This document shows positions 1-10,251 of a stretch of DNA of 64,000 nucleotides, piece after piece. The stretch comes from Octopus sinensis. Its lineage: Eukaryota. The position numbers and the translations under genes were made by a program. The notes below the pieces were generated by a model, which was given only the letters and a program-made list of their open reading frames with translations, was not told the origin of the DNA and did not search any database. The DNA lies in assembly GCF_006345805.1 (NCBI RefSeq), contig NC_042999.1, positions 162,254,001 through 162,318,000 of the forward strand, given 5' to 3'. Each line of letters opens with the position of its first letter. The stretch's first letter is position 1.

Positions 1-730
1 AAATTCAAACAAAACAGATACCTCGAAGTGTGCTCCTTATTGCTTTCTCGGCTGGAAAAAGACCAATTTTGCATCAAATCATTACTTGTAATGAGAAATG
101 GATACTCTTTGACAACAACAGGAGAACAGGACAGTGATTAGATGCAGGAGAGTCACCTAAACACTACCCAAACCCACCATTGCACCCTAAAAAGTTAGTG
201 GTCACTGTATGGTGGTCTGTGAAGGCAGTTATTCGTTATTCATTTTTGCAATAAGGAAGAAGGTAGCAGCAACATCGTATTACCAGGAAATCGATTGTAT
301 GCATGAGAATTTGAAAAATAAGCAACCCAGACTAGTGAATAGAGCTGGCCCAACTTTACTTCACGACAAATACACATCCTCACTCTCCTCAAGCTATGGT
401 CCAAAAGTTGCACAGCCTGAATTATGAGATGTTGCAACATCCTCCCTATTTCCCTGATATCTCTCATCACTTATTTAAGCCTTTTGAGCTTTTCATAAGC
501 AATAAAACATTCTTAAATAGAGAAGAGGTAATTGAAGCATTCAGACAGTTTATCACAGCAAAAAATGAATTTTTGTTTTAAAGATGGAATATATGACATA
601 GAGAAAAGTTGGGTAAAGGTCATAAATGAACCTGGATCATACTTCGATTAAATAAATCAGGTCTCTAACACTTCTGAAACATTTTATTGTTACCTTTCAA
701 ATAGGACATTTCATGTGAAACAACCAAATA
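1..730 (+). mobile_element. Mariner transposase remnant (3' part, cut by window edge) with right terminal repeat
   Basis: Frameshifted translation gives HQIITCNEKWILFDN..PKHYPNPPLHPKKLVVTVWWS, QPRLVNRAGPTLLHD and LQHPPYFPD..HLFKP. Coding ends ...GSYFD* at about 650. The terminus CATTTCATGTGAAACAACCAAATA recurs at 18828-18892. Confidence 0.9.
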
Positions 731-1093
731 ATTAGAATCAGGGTTAGGATTTGTAGTACATTGCAAAACTTCACTGCAAGCATTATTTCTTTTGTTACAT
801 TTTATTTCATTAAATATTTTCAGTTTTATTATTGATTTCCCAAAATATAACAAGTTGTACTTTTCTTTATGCACATATCAAAAGAAAAACAAGAAAAACG
901 GCTCATTCAAGACAGCCTTGAAGAGAATGAATGAATCTGATTGGCTAAAATTTCTAAATTCTTTTATTTTTAGTTTTTCAATAGAACGAAAATGTGATTT
1001 TTCATAATGCAAAACATGTGTAGAAAATTGATAAAGAAAGTTCAACCTGTAAGTCAAACAGAAAAGACACTTGAAAAATCATTATCTCAGACA

Positions 1094-1525
1094 TCTCTCT
1101 CTATATAAACGGCAGTTTGTCTGTCTGTGTGTCTGTCAGGTTGTACCCTCACCCTGACCACGGCTTTCAACCGATTCTGATGAAACTTGACACACACATA
1201 GCCCAATGTCATAATTCAAAACTAACGCAGTGAAAATTTTGAAAAGTTCCCCCAGTTCTGAAAAAAATCGATAAATTCGACATGGGGTCGAGAATCTAAG
1301 CTTTTTATATGCAACACATTTTCTGTCTAGGGGACACAACTCGACCATTTTATCGCCCAAAGGGACAGCTAGGAACATCGTATACACAGAAGTATTCGAG
1401 TGAAGAGAAGACATTGCAACCTACACATGTGCCTTCGTTCCCTAGAGGGAAAGGACTAGATCGGGATTAGTCGTTGCCTACTAGGGGCTCTTACATACTC
1501 GGGCAACGCTGGACTATGCTGCTAG
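1094..1525 (+). mobile_element. Non-autonomous Helitron-like element (family H2)
   Basis: A|TC start, CTAG|T end, GC-rich subterminal motif CGGGCAACGCTGG, no TSD. Confidence 0.75.
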
Positions 1526-1649
1526 TTCAAACATAAACCTGAAAACTTTTCAAGAGTTGAATTTCAAAAATTAAAGAATGGAAAACAACCACCTCCAACA
1601 CACCATACACAAAGTTTTTGACACACAGGACAATTTCCAACTCCAGCCA

Positions 1650-2590
1650 ACAAGAATGTCACATAAAAGATGCAGCAAAATATCTCATTTCACATATCCA
1701 CGACTTTTCATTATCTTTGTATGGTACCACTGTAATTTCCAAGATAGGCTTAGTTCAAAAATTAATAAGCAAATACTTGTTGAACCTAGTGATAATCATA
1801 AGATAGGAGGCGCAATGGCCCAGTGGTTAGGGCAGTGGACTTGCGGTCATAGGATCGCGGTTTCGATTCCCAGACCGGGCGTTGTGAATGTTTATTGAGC
1901 GAAAACACCTAAAGCTCCACGAGGCTCCGGCAGGGGATGGTGGTGATCCCTGCTGTACTCTTTCACCACAACTTTCTCTCACTCTTACTTCCTGTTTCTG
2001 TTGTACCTGTATTTCAAAGGGCCGGCCTTGTCACTCTCTGTGTCACGCTGAATATCCCCGAGAACTACGTTAAGGGTACACGTGTCTGTGGAGTGCTCAG
2101 CCACTTACACGTTAATTTCACGAGCAGGCTGTTCCGTTGATTCGGATCAACCGGAACCCTCGTCGTCGTAACCGACGGAGTGCTTCCATCCAATCATAAG
2201 ATAGCTATCACTAGGTCTTTTGGATTATTTGAAAGTTTGAGAATACCTTTCGGTCTTCAAAATTCATTTAATTCTCTTTAAAGATTCATCAACAAAATTA
2301 CTTATGGTTTAGACTTTGCTTCTGCTTATACTGGTGATTTATTAGTAGCCAGTTCTTCCAAAACAGAACATGACCACTTTCAACAGCTTTTTACCAGGTT
2401 ATCATACTACGGTATGGTACTTAATCCTATTAAATGTCTTTTCAGTGTTTCATCCCTAATATTTTTAGGTCATATTATTGCTAAAGATAGAATCTGACCA
2501 ACAAAGGGAAAAGTGGAAGCTGTTTTAATTTCCAGTATCTACATCTCTGCAGAAATTGTGAAACTTTCTAGGTTTAGTAAATTTATACAG
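1650..2590 (+). pseudogene. Ty3/Gypsy reverse transcriptase fragment, split by a SINE
   Basis: Reads SHIHDFSLSLYGTTVISKI..QILVEPSDNHK, then [SINE], then IAITRSFGLF..IPFGLQN..GLDFASAYTGDLLVAS..NPIKCLFSVSSLIFLGHII. YIDD has decayed to YTGD; stops and frameshifts are present. Confidence 0.85.
1807..2191 (+). mobile_element. tRNA-derived SINE family B, full length
   Basis: A box TGGCCCAGTGG and B box GGTTTCGATTCC. 13-bp TSD AATCATAAGATAG at 1794-1806 and 2192-2204. Homologous copies at 5927, 37163 and 57757. Confidence 0.92.
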
Positions 2591-2599
2591 AATCAATAA

Positions 2600-2984
2600 G
2601 TACCATTTATGCGTGGGTTGTTTCCAGTGCCGCCTGACTGGCTCCCCGTACTGGTGACATGTAAAAAGCACCATCCAAACATGCTCAATGCCAGCCCCCC
2701 CCCCCACTCACCTCGACTGGCTCCTGTGCAGGTAGCACATAAAAAGTACCATCCAAACATGGCTGATGCCAGTGCCATCTGACTGGCTCCCATGCCAGTG
2801 GCACATAAAAAGCACCCACTACACTCTTGGAGTGGGTTGGTGTTAGGAAGGGCAACCTGCTGCAGAAACATCGCCAGATCATATTAGAGCCTGGTGCAGT
2901 CTCTTGGCTTTCCAATCCCCAGTCAAACTGTCCAACCCATGCCAGCATAGAAAATAGATGTTAAACAATGATGATGATGATGAT
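2600..2984 (+). mobile_element. 5'-truncated RTE LINE (family RTE-A), 3' UTR with (GAT)n tail
   Basis: Same 3' UTR follows RTE C-terminal coding sequence at 54640-55338 and 29868-30358. Ends in (ATG)n. Confidence 0.8.
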
Positions 2985-3097
2985 TTCATATTGCACTGTG
3001 GAGAAATAACTAATTCTCTTACAGAACAATTACATAACAGAAGGCAGAAAAAATTTTTTAAATGCAAAAATTATGCTAACAGCAAATAAAGTACAGA

Positions 3098-3380
3098 GAG
3101 AAAAACAACTAGTTTTAGATCTCTGAATGAGATCTATGTCGTAACAGTACCATATAGTAAAGTTTATTTGCCAACATAACATAGCAGTCCTGTTACTATG
3201 TTACTATTTTTTAACTCCAGGGAAACATTTTTTCCAGCTGGTTATCGACATATGATCTGTGTCCAAGACACACTGTAAGTAAGAGAGCTCACTGCTTCCT
3301 TCTAGCCATTAGCAGTACCAGCAAACCAATAGTTTCTGGATAATTTCCTGTCTTCAGTGCTGGATAACTACCTGGCTACC
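3098..3380 (-). repeat. Partial 357-bp hammerhead-bearing monomer (left tract)
   Basis: Aligns by eye with 4863-5282 (same orientation) and 5285-5782 (opposite orientation). Confidence 0.85.
3318..3363 (-). ncRNA. Type I hammerhead ribozyme, weakened stem II
   Basis: Minus strand reads CCAGCA-CUGAAGA-CAGGAAAUUAUCCA-GAAA-CUAUUG-GUU-UGCUGG. Core is intact, stem I is a perfect 6 bp, and stem II is mismatched. Confidence 0.7.
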
Positions 3381-4862
3381 TTTATTAAGATCACTACGGA
3401 TCGAAACAGAGAATGGGTACATTACAAGACAGACAAATACAAAATGTTGGAAGAGTTCGAATGATTATAATAAAAATTTACTTATATAAAATTTAATAAA
3501 ATAATTACTTTTAAAACTTTTCACTAGAACTTTTTTTTTTCAAAAACAAAAACCATAAACAGAAGAAATAAAGAATATGAAACAGAAAAAAATGAACCCG
3601 GCAGCCTAGAAGGACAAGCAGCTCGCATTTCCTTTCCTCGATGATTAAGCTGGGTTACTAGCATCCACCTTTTTCATCACTTCCTTCCATCGTTGCTCAT
3701 ATTCAGTCGGTGGCATGGTCCTCTTTTCCAACCCCATCTTGCTCTTCTGATGGCATCTGAAGTAAGATAGCAAACCAGGGCCGGAGACAAAGGACCCTGT
3801 CACAGAACCTTCCATTCTTGTTACCTAAACACACTCTATCAGTACTGCAACCGTACAGTAAAAGCAAGCCTCACCTTCCTTTGAGGGTCCAGTTGGCGGT
3901 ATCATCTTTATTATAGATCCAGCCGATAGCTGTACTTGTCCTAGATGCTCCTGACATTGTACAAAAGCGTGCTGGACAGTTTCCTTGTCCACCCCACATC
4001 TTGGACACATCGGTGGCACTGACATTCCATGCCTGGATAACTTATCACGAACAGGTAAAGCATTCCTGTAACACTGCCAGGTCAAGGATTTTTGGAAGTT
4101 GTCCAAATACCCTGGCCTGAAAGTTTTTATGAACAGGTTGGTAAGTTGGTTCTCATTGAACCCCAGAGCTCCCCCTAGGACATCATCGTTTTTTGCCTCT
4201 ACCAGCCCTCTACAGAACACCAAGGTGGTATTCCCGCTGCCGGCCTTGCCCGTCTCATGGATCAGCCAGAGTGCCTGATGGCACTCCTTCTGCAATAAAG
4301 TCAGATTGCGTCTTTTAATGAAACCGGGTTTAAATCTCTCCAAAGAGGCTGGTCGCGGCAAGAACTCCTCCGCCAGCGGACTCAACACCTTACCACCCTC
4401 CAGGTGGCACCAGAAATGTCTCAGCCTCAACGCATGTCTACACATCATTAGCCAAGGCATTCCCAGTTCACCCTTTAACGGTTCCTGGCAGCAAACAGAG
4501 TGCCTCACAAGTGGCTTTCCTCCCTTCCACAAAAAGCGGAAGAGGAGTCGTTCCAACTTGTTTAGCAAGGCACAATGGACAGGCGGTAGGTGATTACAGA
4601 TGCTATAAACACCTGCACCACCTCCACCCAGCCCTTCAAGGACAGAGGCCTTCTGGACCACTTCCGTACTATGGCCTCCACCTTGTCCACTAACTCGCTC
4701 CAATTCTTCTCCATCTGGGAGTCTGGGCCAAACCAAACTCCAAGCAACTTGACAGAACTATCTGTGCAGTGTCCAACGACACTGGACGATATCGGCTTGT
4801 TCCTCCAGGTGCCAAGGAGCAAACTGATGGACTCGGCCTTGTTAACTTTTGCTCCTGCCACC
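3381..4862 (-). mobile_element. 5'-truncated L1/Tx1-clade LINE (ORF2 C-terminal part plus 3' UTR)
   Basis: ORFs 4562-4888 and 3825-4736 give AGAKVNKAES..VKLLGVWFG..KWSRRPLSLKG..LLFRFLWKG..LGMP..VRDKL..CPRCG..ETVQHAFVQC (RT thumb and zf-RVT). AATAAA on the minus strand at 3386-3381. Confidence 0.88.
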
Positions 4863-5141
4863 GTGTAGTAAGGTTTATTTGCCAACATAATGTGACAGTC
4901 CTGCAGAGGACTATGTTACTACTTTTTCTCATGAGATCAGTGACTGTCAGTCACTTCAATAAGTATTTACTGTGAGTAAGGTCAGGTAGCTGCTGTCTCT
5001 AGCCAGGTGGTTGTCCAGCACTGTTACTAGTTTTTAACCCCAAGGAAAACATCTTTTCCAGCTGATTATCAATACATGATCTGTGTCTGAGACATACTGT
5101 AAATAAGGGAGCTTACTGCTCCCTTCTAGCCATTAGCAGTA

Positions 5142-5187
5142 CCTGCAGGTCAATGGTTTCTGGGTAATTTTTTGTCTTCAGTGTTGG
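5142..5187 (-). ncRNA. Degenerate (probably inactive) hammerhead copy
   Basis: CUGAAGA and GAAAC are kept, but the cleavage triplet GUC has become ACC and stems I and II are mismatched. Confidence 0.6.
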
Positions 5188-5569
5188 ACAACCACCTGGC
5201 TAGAGACAGCAGCTACCTGACCTTACTCACAGTTTATACTTATTGAAGTGACTGACTGTCACTGATCTTGTGAGAAAAACAATTAAAGCTCCCTTACATA
5301 CAGTATGTCTCGAACACAGATTATGTGTGGATAACCAACTGAAAAAGATGTTTTCCTGGGGTTAAAAAGTAGTAACATAGTCCTATGCAGGACTGCCACG
5401 TTATGTTGGCACATAAACCTTACTACGTGGTACTGTTACTACATAGAACTCATTCAGAGATTTAAAACTAGTTGTTTTTCTCCTTATAAGATCAGTGACT
5501 GTCAGTCACTTCAATAAGTATATACTGTGAGTAAGGTCGGGTGGCTGCTGTCTCTAGCCAGGTGATTGT

Positions 5570-5615
5570 CCAGCACTGAAGATGGGAAATTGCCCAGAAA
5601 CTATTGGTCTACTGG
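5570..5615 (+). ncRNA. Type I hammerhead ribozyme, canonical core
   Basis: Stem I CCAGCA (5570-75), CUGAAGA (5576-82), stem II UGGG/CCCA with loop AAAUUG, GAAA (5597-5600), short stem III, GUC (5607-09) and UACUGG (5610-15; 5 of 6 bp pair with stem I). Predicted cleavage after 5609. Confidence 0.85.
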
Positions 5616-5926
5616 TACTGCTAACGGCTAGGAGGGAGTAGTAAGCCCCCTCACTTACTGTATGTTTCAGACACAGATCAGGTTTTAATAACCAGCTGGA
5701 AAAGATGTTTTCCTGGAGTTAAAAAGTAGTAACATAGTCCTATGCAGGACTGCCATGTTATGTTGGAAAATAAACTTTACTAAATAAACTACAATTATTT
5801 ATGAATATTAAAGAAAAATTATCTATATTTACTTTATTGATTCATCCAATAGCAGAGCACATTTTTTTTTATCCACACCAAGCGACTACATGTGTGTGTA
5901 TAAGAAAAACGATATTTACTAACAGA

Positions 5927-6243
5927 CCGGGCGTTGTGAGTGTTTATTGAGCGAAAACACCTAAAGCTCCACGAGGCTCCGGCAGGGATGGTGGTGATCC
6001 CTGCTGTACTCTTTCACCACAACTTTCTCTCTCACTCTTACTTCCTGTTTCTGTTGTACCTGTATTTCAAAGGGCCGGCCTTGTCACTCTCTTTGTCACG
6101 CTGAATATCCCCGAGAACTACATTAAGGGTACACGTGTCTGTGGAGTGCTCAGCCACTTACACGTTAATTTCACGAGCAGGCTGTTCCGCTGATCGGATC
6201 AACCGGAACCCTCATCGTCATAACCAACGGAGTGCTTCCTTCC
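5927..6243 (+). mobile_element. SINE family B, 5'-truncated
   Basis: Lacks the tRNA head. 11-bp TSD TTACTAACAGA at 5916-5926 and 6244-6254. Confidence 0.9.
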
Positions 6244-6920
6244 TTACTAACAGAAAAGTATGCTGCTCAAATAAATTACTTTTTACATATCTTTTTCTAA
6301 ACCACTGTGGATAGATCCCAGCAATGTGCTGAATAAAATGTTTTGTAAGCAATTTGTAACCTATATTAACATTTGTTTTTTAATGAGGGTGACAGGAATG
6401 CAGAAACACCAGGAGTGGCCATGTGGAACCAGAGACATAGCCAGCAAGATTTGGTGGGAAAACGAATATTTATAATTGGAAAAGATCATAGAAATACATT
6501 TAAATGGAAAAAATTCTTGTTTTACAGAAAAAGGTTTATTAAAATGTTGAGCCTTCAAAATTTAGAAACTAGAATCAAAAAACTTTTAAAATTCTAATTG
6601 GCATTTTGTTGCACTTCTTGAAAAAAAATGGTTTTAATAATAAACTCTTCTCTTCCTTCTCTCTCTTCCATTCCACTTTTCAATCTACATAATAAACGGG
6701 TCATTATCCTTCTTCCCAGACCTCTTTCATGCCTCTTCTCTCTCTGTTTCTTTTCCTTTTTTCTTCATTCCATCATTTACCTCTTTGAATAGCTCATTAT
6801 CCAGTCTTCTTAGAACTACCTCTGTTTCATGTTTCTCCTCTCCTCCATTCCTTATTTATCTTCTTCCATCCTTAACCCCCATCAAATGCATCTACTTGTG
6901 CTTCTAAAAGAAATGATATA

Positions 6921-7332
6921 GCAGGAGTGGCTGTGTGGTAAGTAGCTTGCTAACCAACCACATGGCTCTGGGTTCAGTCCCACTGCGTGGCATCTTGGGC
7001 AGGTATCTTCTGCTATAGCCCCGGGCCGACCAATGCCTTGTGAGTGGATTTGGTAGATGGAAACTGAAAGAAGCTTGTCGTATATATGTATATATATATA
7101 TGTATGTGTGTGTGTTTGTGTGTCTGTGTTTGTTCCCCTAGCATTGCTTGACAACCGATGCTGGTGTGTTTACGTCCCCATCACTTAGCGGTTCGGCAAA
7201 AAGAGACCGATAGAATAAGTACTGGGCTTACAAAAAGAATAAGTCCCAGGGTCGAGTTGCTCGACTAAAGGCGGTGCTCCAGCATGGCCGCAGTCAAATG
7301 ACTGAAACAAGTAAAAGAGTAAAGTGTAAGAG
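6921..7332 (+). mobile_element. tRNA-derived SINE family A (about 400 bp, internal (TA)n(TG)n, AAAAGAGT tail)
   Basis: A box TGGCTGTGTGG, B box GGTTCAGTCCC and a CORE-like ATCTTGGGCAGGT. At least eight near-full copies occur in the window. Confidence 0.92.
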
Positions 7333-7737
7333 AGTTAATCTTCATTTGTTAATAAAAGGGGACTGAAGTGGTGCTATTCTCCATACCCTTTAAAAATAAG
7401 ATTTGTTTGCTGATGAGATGAACATTTCAAAAAGTACAACAAAATGCCAATTAAATTAAAAATTTTTTTTTCAATTATAGTGTCCAACTTTTGAAGGCTC
7501 AACATTTTATCAAACTTTTTCTGTAAAACAATTTTTTTAGAAAAGTTTGAACATTTTGTTGAACCTCTTTTCTGTAAAACAGGAAATTTTTTCCATCTAA
7601 ATTCCTTGTTAAGATTATAATATATCATTTATTATGTAGATTATCATTCAAGTACCATTGCCATCGTTAGCCAAATTTCTGGTTCATTCCCATACCACGT
7701 TGAGGTGATTGTTGGTTTCTATGGGGGGAAAGACCAT

Positions 7738-7987
7738 CACGGCACGTAAAAAGCACCATCCGTCCGTGGACGTTTGCCAGCCCCGTCTGGCACCTGTGCG
7801 GGTGGCACGTAAAAAGCACCCACTACATTCATGGAGTGGTTGGCGTTAGAAAGGGCATCCAGCCATAGAAACACTGCCAGATCAGACTGGGCCTGATGCA
7901 GCCTTCTGGCTTCCCAGACCCCAGTTGAACCGTCCAACCCATGCTAGCATGGAAAAACGGACGCTAAATGATGATGATGATGATGAT
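7738..7987 (+). mobile_element. RTE-A 3' UTR fragment with (GAT)n tail
   Basis: Homologous to 2600-2984 and 19560-19878. Confidence 0.85.
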
Positions 7988-8329
7988 AAAAAATATCTGA
8001 TTAAATAATCAGACCACTCCTGAGCTAGCAGACCTACGATCAAAGATGTTTCAGCTTAACCAATCATCCTGTATTTCTGATATAGTAAGTTTAGAAATAC
8101 ATCATCAAAAGTGTCTTTTGTAAGAGAGAGTAGGAAGTGATTTGAGGGTAATTTGGTTGCTATTTCTAACAGGTAAAGTGACCTGTACCAGCCTCTGTTT
8201 ATGCTATCCAGGTTACCCTTGAGCCCAGTGAAAAGGAATTAATGGGAATTCAGACATAGTGTAAATTAAATCTGACCTGGCTATGATCACCGGAAAGAAG
8301 ACAGGACCCAGTGGGCAGGTTAACTTCTC

Positions 8330-9005
8330 TAGCATTGTGAGAGAGAGAGGAATAGGTAGACAGGAAAGAAAGGATAGTGAATCATGTTCCGGAGATAGAG
8401 GAAGTGTAAGAGAGAAAGAGCGGAAATTACAGCAGTAGAGTGTAAGAGGGAAATGCAAATAAAAAGACAGAGAGAAAGGGAGAGATAGAAACAGAGACAT
8501 AGAAAAGGGACTGCTCATAGATAGACAGGAGGACTGAAAAAGGATTAATAGAAGGAGAATAAGTGGAAAAGAGAGTAAACAAACACAGAAAGAGAAACAG
8601 TGGGAGAAGGAAAAGCAAATAGAAGAGACAGAAAGAGAGAGAAACAGGTAGAAATATAAAGAGGAAATGACTGATAGAAAGGGGAGGAGAATAAGTACAA
8701 GAGGGAGTAAACAAACATAGAAAGAAGAAGAGTGGGAGAGGATAAGTAAGAGTAAAACAGAGACAAACAAACAGAAAGATATATAGAGAGAGTGGGGAGA
8801 ACTCGTGGATAGAGGGAGGATTGATAGAGAACTGACAGAGAGGGAAGGAGAATAAATTGAAAAGAGAGTAAACATAGAAAGAGGAAGAGTGAGAGAGAGA
8901 CATAGAAAGATAAATATATAAAGAGGGGACGACTGAGAAGGGGAGGAGAATAAGTAGGAGAGAGTAATCAAGCATACAAAGGGGGAGAGGATAAGTAAGA
9001 TTAAA
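8330..9005. repeat. Polypurine (A/G) degenerate tandem-repeat tract
   Basis: Plus strand is very A/G-rich with recurring GGAGAATAAGT and GAGTAAACAAACA motifs. Confidence 0.8.
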
Positions 9006-9071
9006 AAGAAAACTGCAATGTGAATATGAAAAGGTTCTTGAGAAAATTATGTTAAAAAGATTAGGCACCGA

Positions 9072-9268
9072 TAATTACTTTCCCCTTAGCGAAGGCGAAT
9101 GTATTGTTTCAGTTGTGTTTGTTTGTTTGTTTGTTTGTGGACAAGATATCTCAAGAATTGCTGGATGGATTCAGATGAAATTTTCAGGGATGTTTGGCCT
9201 CATGACTGGCATGAACTGATTAGATTTTGAGATTGATCCAGTATTAGACAAGGATCCTGGATTATTTG
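9072..9268 (+). mobile_element. Helentron-associated (HINE/DINE-1-like) element, 5' part
   Basis: 5' subterminal hairpin CCTTAGCGAAGG followed by a (TGTT)n microsatellite. Overlaps in sequence with 10252-10844. Confidence 0.55.
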
Positions 9269-9549
9269 TTATATTTACTTTACATTGAGTATTACGATCT
9301 TACGTTGACTTTCAAGTCTTTCTCTGATTATCTCCCTTGAAACCACTTAAGTTATGGCAGCATTGCTGTTTCAAAAATTTTATTTTTCATTTCTCTATTT
9401 TTAATTTTACTTGAGTCTCTATTTTAGTAGAAACTGATGGATAAAGAAATCAAACTACATAAACAAACGGCAGCAAAACCGTCCACAAATTAAATAACAC
9501 TAACATATTCAGTAACAATATTAAATCTAATTTATCCTCAACAATTTTT

Positions 9550-9975
9550 GGATCTTTTCACTTTGACCAGCAGATTTAAAAAATAATTTTTTGTAACTAA
9601 ACACTTTTAAACTTCGTATACTGATAGAATGTGTCACATAAAACATCTATTTCTCTTGGCGTTCTTGAGAAAATTCTGTAATTTGTAAGCTATTTGTTGT
9701 TAAATTTCTCATATTTCAGCAATTTCAACCAATCAATGACGTCTATTGAGGTGAATACAATTACTGCTGTTGTTTGTCAACAAGAAGTTCCGGCAGTGTA
9801 ACGTTAACACCTGAGATTATCTGTTCTTTATATAATAAATATGTAGTTAATTCATTTTATAACGGCAGGAAGAAAAAAGTATTAGAAAAAAATTGAAAGA
9901 AAAACGCACACAAAACAAGAAGATTATCATTTTTTTGTACCCCTCCATCACTGTAGGGTCATAATTATGGGTGGA
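9550..9975 (-). mobile_element. GGATC-terminated MITE family, decayed copy
   Basis: Begins GGATCTTTTC. Internal segments match 15244-16240 in reverse orientation. Confidence 0.7.
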
Positions 9976-10245
9976 CACAGGTGATAGTTTCCCATATATT
10001 TGCATTTTGGTTGGATGGCGCTTCCACGAGAGATTTTGAGCTCCCATAAGGAGGCGAGTGTAGGTTCCATCCAACCGCCTCTCAAGCTTCTTTGATAACG
10101 TCCAGGTTTCTGAGCCATATAGTAGAATTGGTTCGACTGTGGCTTTGAAGATTTCAAGTTTGAAGTCTCTACTTAGATTTGATGACCAGATCTTATGCAT
10201 GTCATTACAGGCTGACCAGGCCATACCCTTTCTAGTTAGAAAGTC
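9976..10245 (-). mobile_element. RTE-B LINE fragment
   Basis: Reads DFLTRKGMAWSACNDMHKIWSSNLSRDFKLEIFKATVEPILLYGSETW and is nearly the same as 40310-40580. Confidence 0.9.
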
Positions 10246-10251
10246 TACCAT

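Larger units (their letters stand above)
4863..5782. repeat. Hammerhead-bearing 357-bp tandem repeat, two tracts in inverted (head-to-head) orientation
   Basis: Markers recur 357 bp apart (5286/5643 and 5361/5718). Orientation flips at about 5283. An extra inverted piece of about 97 bp lies at 4927-5023. Confidence 0.88.

Noticed and set aside
1807-1880. tRNA genes at SINE heads (also 6921, 24006, 37163, 38110, 50914, 59132)
   Set aside because: A and B boxes are present but run into SINE bodies with tails and TSDs, and no complete cloverleaf was evident.
3531-3540. T10 run as the poly(A) tail of the Tx1/L1 copy
   Set aside because: UTR-like sequence continues another 150 nt to an AATAAA at 3386-3381 and no TSD flanks the run, so it is treated as internal. 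This remains uncertain.
2600-5782. CRISPR-like repeat-spacer arrays
   Set aside because: The repeats are long, diverged and lack unique equal-length spacers. The context is eukaryotic and has no cas genes.
8213-9068. 252-aa and 213-aa hydrophobic ORFs resembling membrane proteins
   Set aside because: They arise from the C/T-rich strand of a low-complexity tract, where stop codons are rare. The composition is L/S/F-biased with no family motif.
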